From positions 13,659-77,658 of the forward strand of contig JAKBNI010000001.1 in the NCBI GenBank assembly GCA_021831125.1: a stretch of 64,000 bases of DNA, in the 5' to 3' direction. Below the pieces are notes generated by a model. The model saw nothing but the letters and a program-made list of their open reading frames with translations. It had not been told where the DNA came from and searched no databases. A program made the translations under genes and the position numbers. This document shows positions 61,142 to 64,000 of this stretch, piece by piece. This DNA comes from Actinomycetes bacterium (lineage in GTDB: Bacteria; Actinomycetota; Acidimicrobiia; Acidimicrobiales; RAAP-2). Numbering within the stretch: position 1 is the stretch's first letter; each line of letters begins with the position of its first letter.

Positions 61142-63106
<1,965 letters not shown>

Positions 63107-63111
63107 CGGGG

Positions 63112-64000
63112 CTAGGAGTCGAAGCCCATCTTGAGAGCGTCGAGGAGGCGCAGCCACAGGTTGCGCCTCCCGGCGTTCTCGTCGGCGCGCCGGATGGCGC
63201 GCTGGGTGAGCCTGATGAACACCCAACGCAGCGGCTCGGGCGGGAACGGCCAGGGCTTCTTGCGCACCATCGAGAGCCGGGTGCGTTCGGTGTCGAGCCC
63301 GTCGAGCAGGTCGAGCATGGTGGTGGCGCCGAAGCGGGTCGAGGCGACCCCGAGCCCCGTGAAGCCCATCACGTAGGCCACCTTGCCCGCGTGCGCGGTG
63401 CCCCAGAAGGGGGAGTAGCGCGTGCAGGTGTCGATCGACCCGCCCCAGGAGTGGGTGAACTTGATCCCGGCGAGCTGGGGGAAGGTCGTGAGGAAGTGGC
63501 GCGCCAGGCGGTAGAAGGTCTCGGGGTTGAACTCGAACTCGCGCTGGGCCTTGCCCCGGAACCGGTAGATCGCGTCGTAGCCGCCCCAGAGGATCGAGTT
63601 GTCCTTGGTGAGCCGGTAGTAGTGGAACTGGTTGCCGGCGTCGCTCACGCCCTCGCGACCGGCCCAGCCGATGCTCTCCATCTGCTCAGGAGTGAGCGGC
63701 TCGGTGACCAGGGCGTAGTCGTAGACCGGCACGACGTACTTGCGCGCCGCGCGCACCAGCGACGGGAAGACGTTGGTCGCGAGCGCCACTTTGGCCGCCG
63801 TGACCGCGCCGAAGGGGGTGTGCACGCGCACGGCCTCGTCGACGTCCTCGAGCCACTCGACCCGCGAGTTCTCATAGATGTGCACCCCGAGCGAGACGCA
63901 GGCCCGCTCGAGACCCCAGACGAGGCGCGCCGGGTCCACCAGGGCCGTCCCGTCGTGGTCGTAGAGACCCCCGAGGTAGGAGGGGGAGTGGATCCGCTGG
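63112..64000 (-). CDS. FAD-dependent oxidoreductase (DadA/PuuB-like), 5'-truncated by window
   Basis: Frame open to the window edge; DPARL..GL, ALATN, YYRLT, GFTGLGV, PPEPLRW. Confidence 0.88.
   Translation of the reverse strand, partial: QRIHSPSYLGGLYDHDGTALVDPARLVWGLERACVSLGVHIYENSRVEWLEDVDEAVRVHTPFGAVTAAKVALATNVFPSLVRAARKYVVPVYDYALVTEPLTPEQMESIGWAGREGVSDAGNQFHYYRLTKDNSILWGGYDAIYRFRGKAQREFEFNPETFYRLARHFLTTFPQLAGIKFTHSWGGSIDTCTRYSPFWGTAHAGKVAYVMGFTGLGVASTRFGATTMLDLLDGLDTERTRLSMVRKKPWPFPPEPLRWVFIRLTQRAIRRADENAGRRNLWLRLLDALKMGFDS

Overview
Very GC-rich actinobacterial chromosome segment; gene content and style suggest class Acidimicrobiia (inference). Two housekeeping blocks flank a ~22 kb accessory region. 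Left block (1-13.6 kb): coaE(partial)-uvrB-uvrA-uvrC-rapZ-yvcK-gap-pgk-tpiA-secG, an orphan family-5 solute-binding protein and tRNA-Leu(GAG). The accessory region (13.6-35.6 kb) starts immediately 3' of the tRNA with a visibly lower-GC stretch. That stretch holds a Phd/YefM-RelE toxin-antitoxin pair and a GNAT gene, punctuated by five degenerate 49-bp repeats that each end in a copy of the tRNA 3' end; no integrase is present. Many secreted or membrane proteins of unknown function follow, including a three-gene secreted-protein operon behind a structured leader and divergent from a His-rich membrane protein, an MMPL transporter, a degenerate AcpS-like protein, and PQQ-propeller, F420-dependent and DMFase-like proteins. 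Right block (35.6-64 kb): nadK-recN-pyrG-NUDIX-xerD-S2P-trpS(inverted)-scpAB-rluB-aroH-tyrA-aroA-cmk-plsC, an oppositely oriented ctaA/GT2/HD/ispH block, DUF512-der, gamma-CA, trpD divergent from a fused trpCF-trpB-trpA, satP-acs and a partial FAD oxidoreductase. The best candidates for an undescribed system are the tRNA-3'-end repeat/cassette array and the secreted-protein operon. All calls come from motif recognition by eye; no searches were run.
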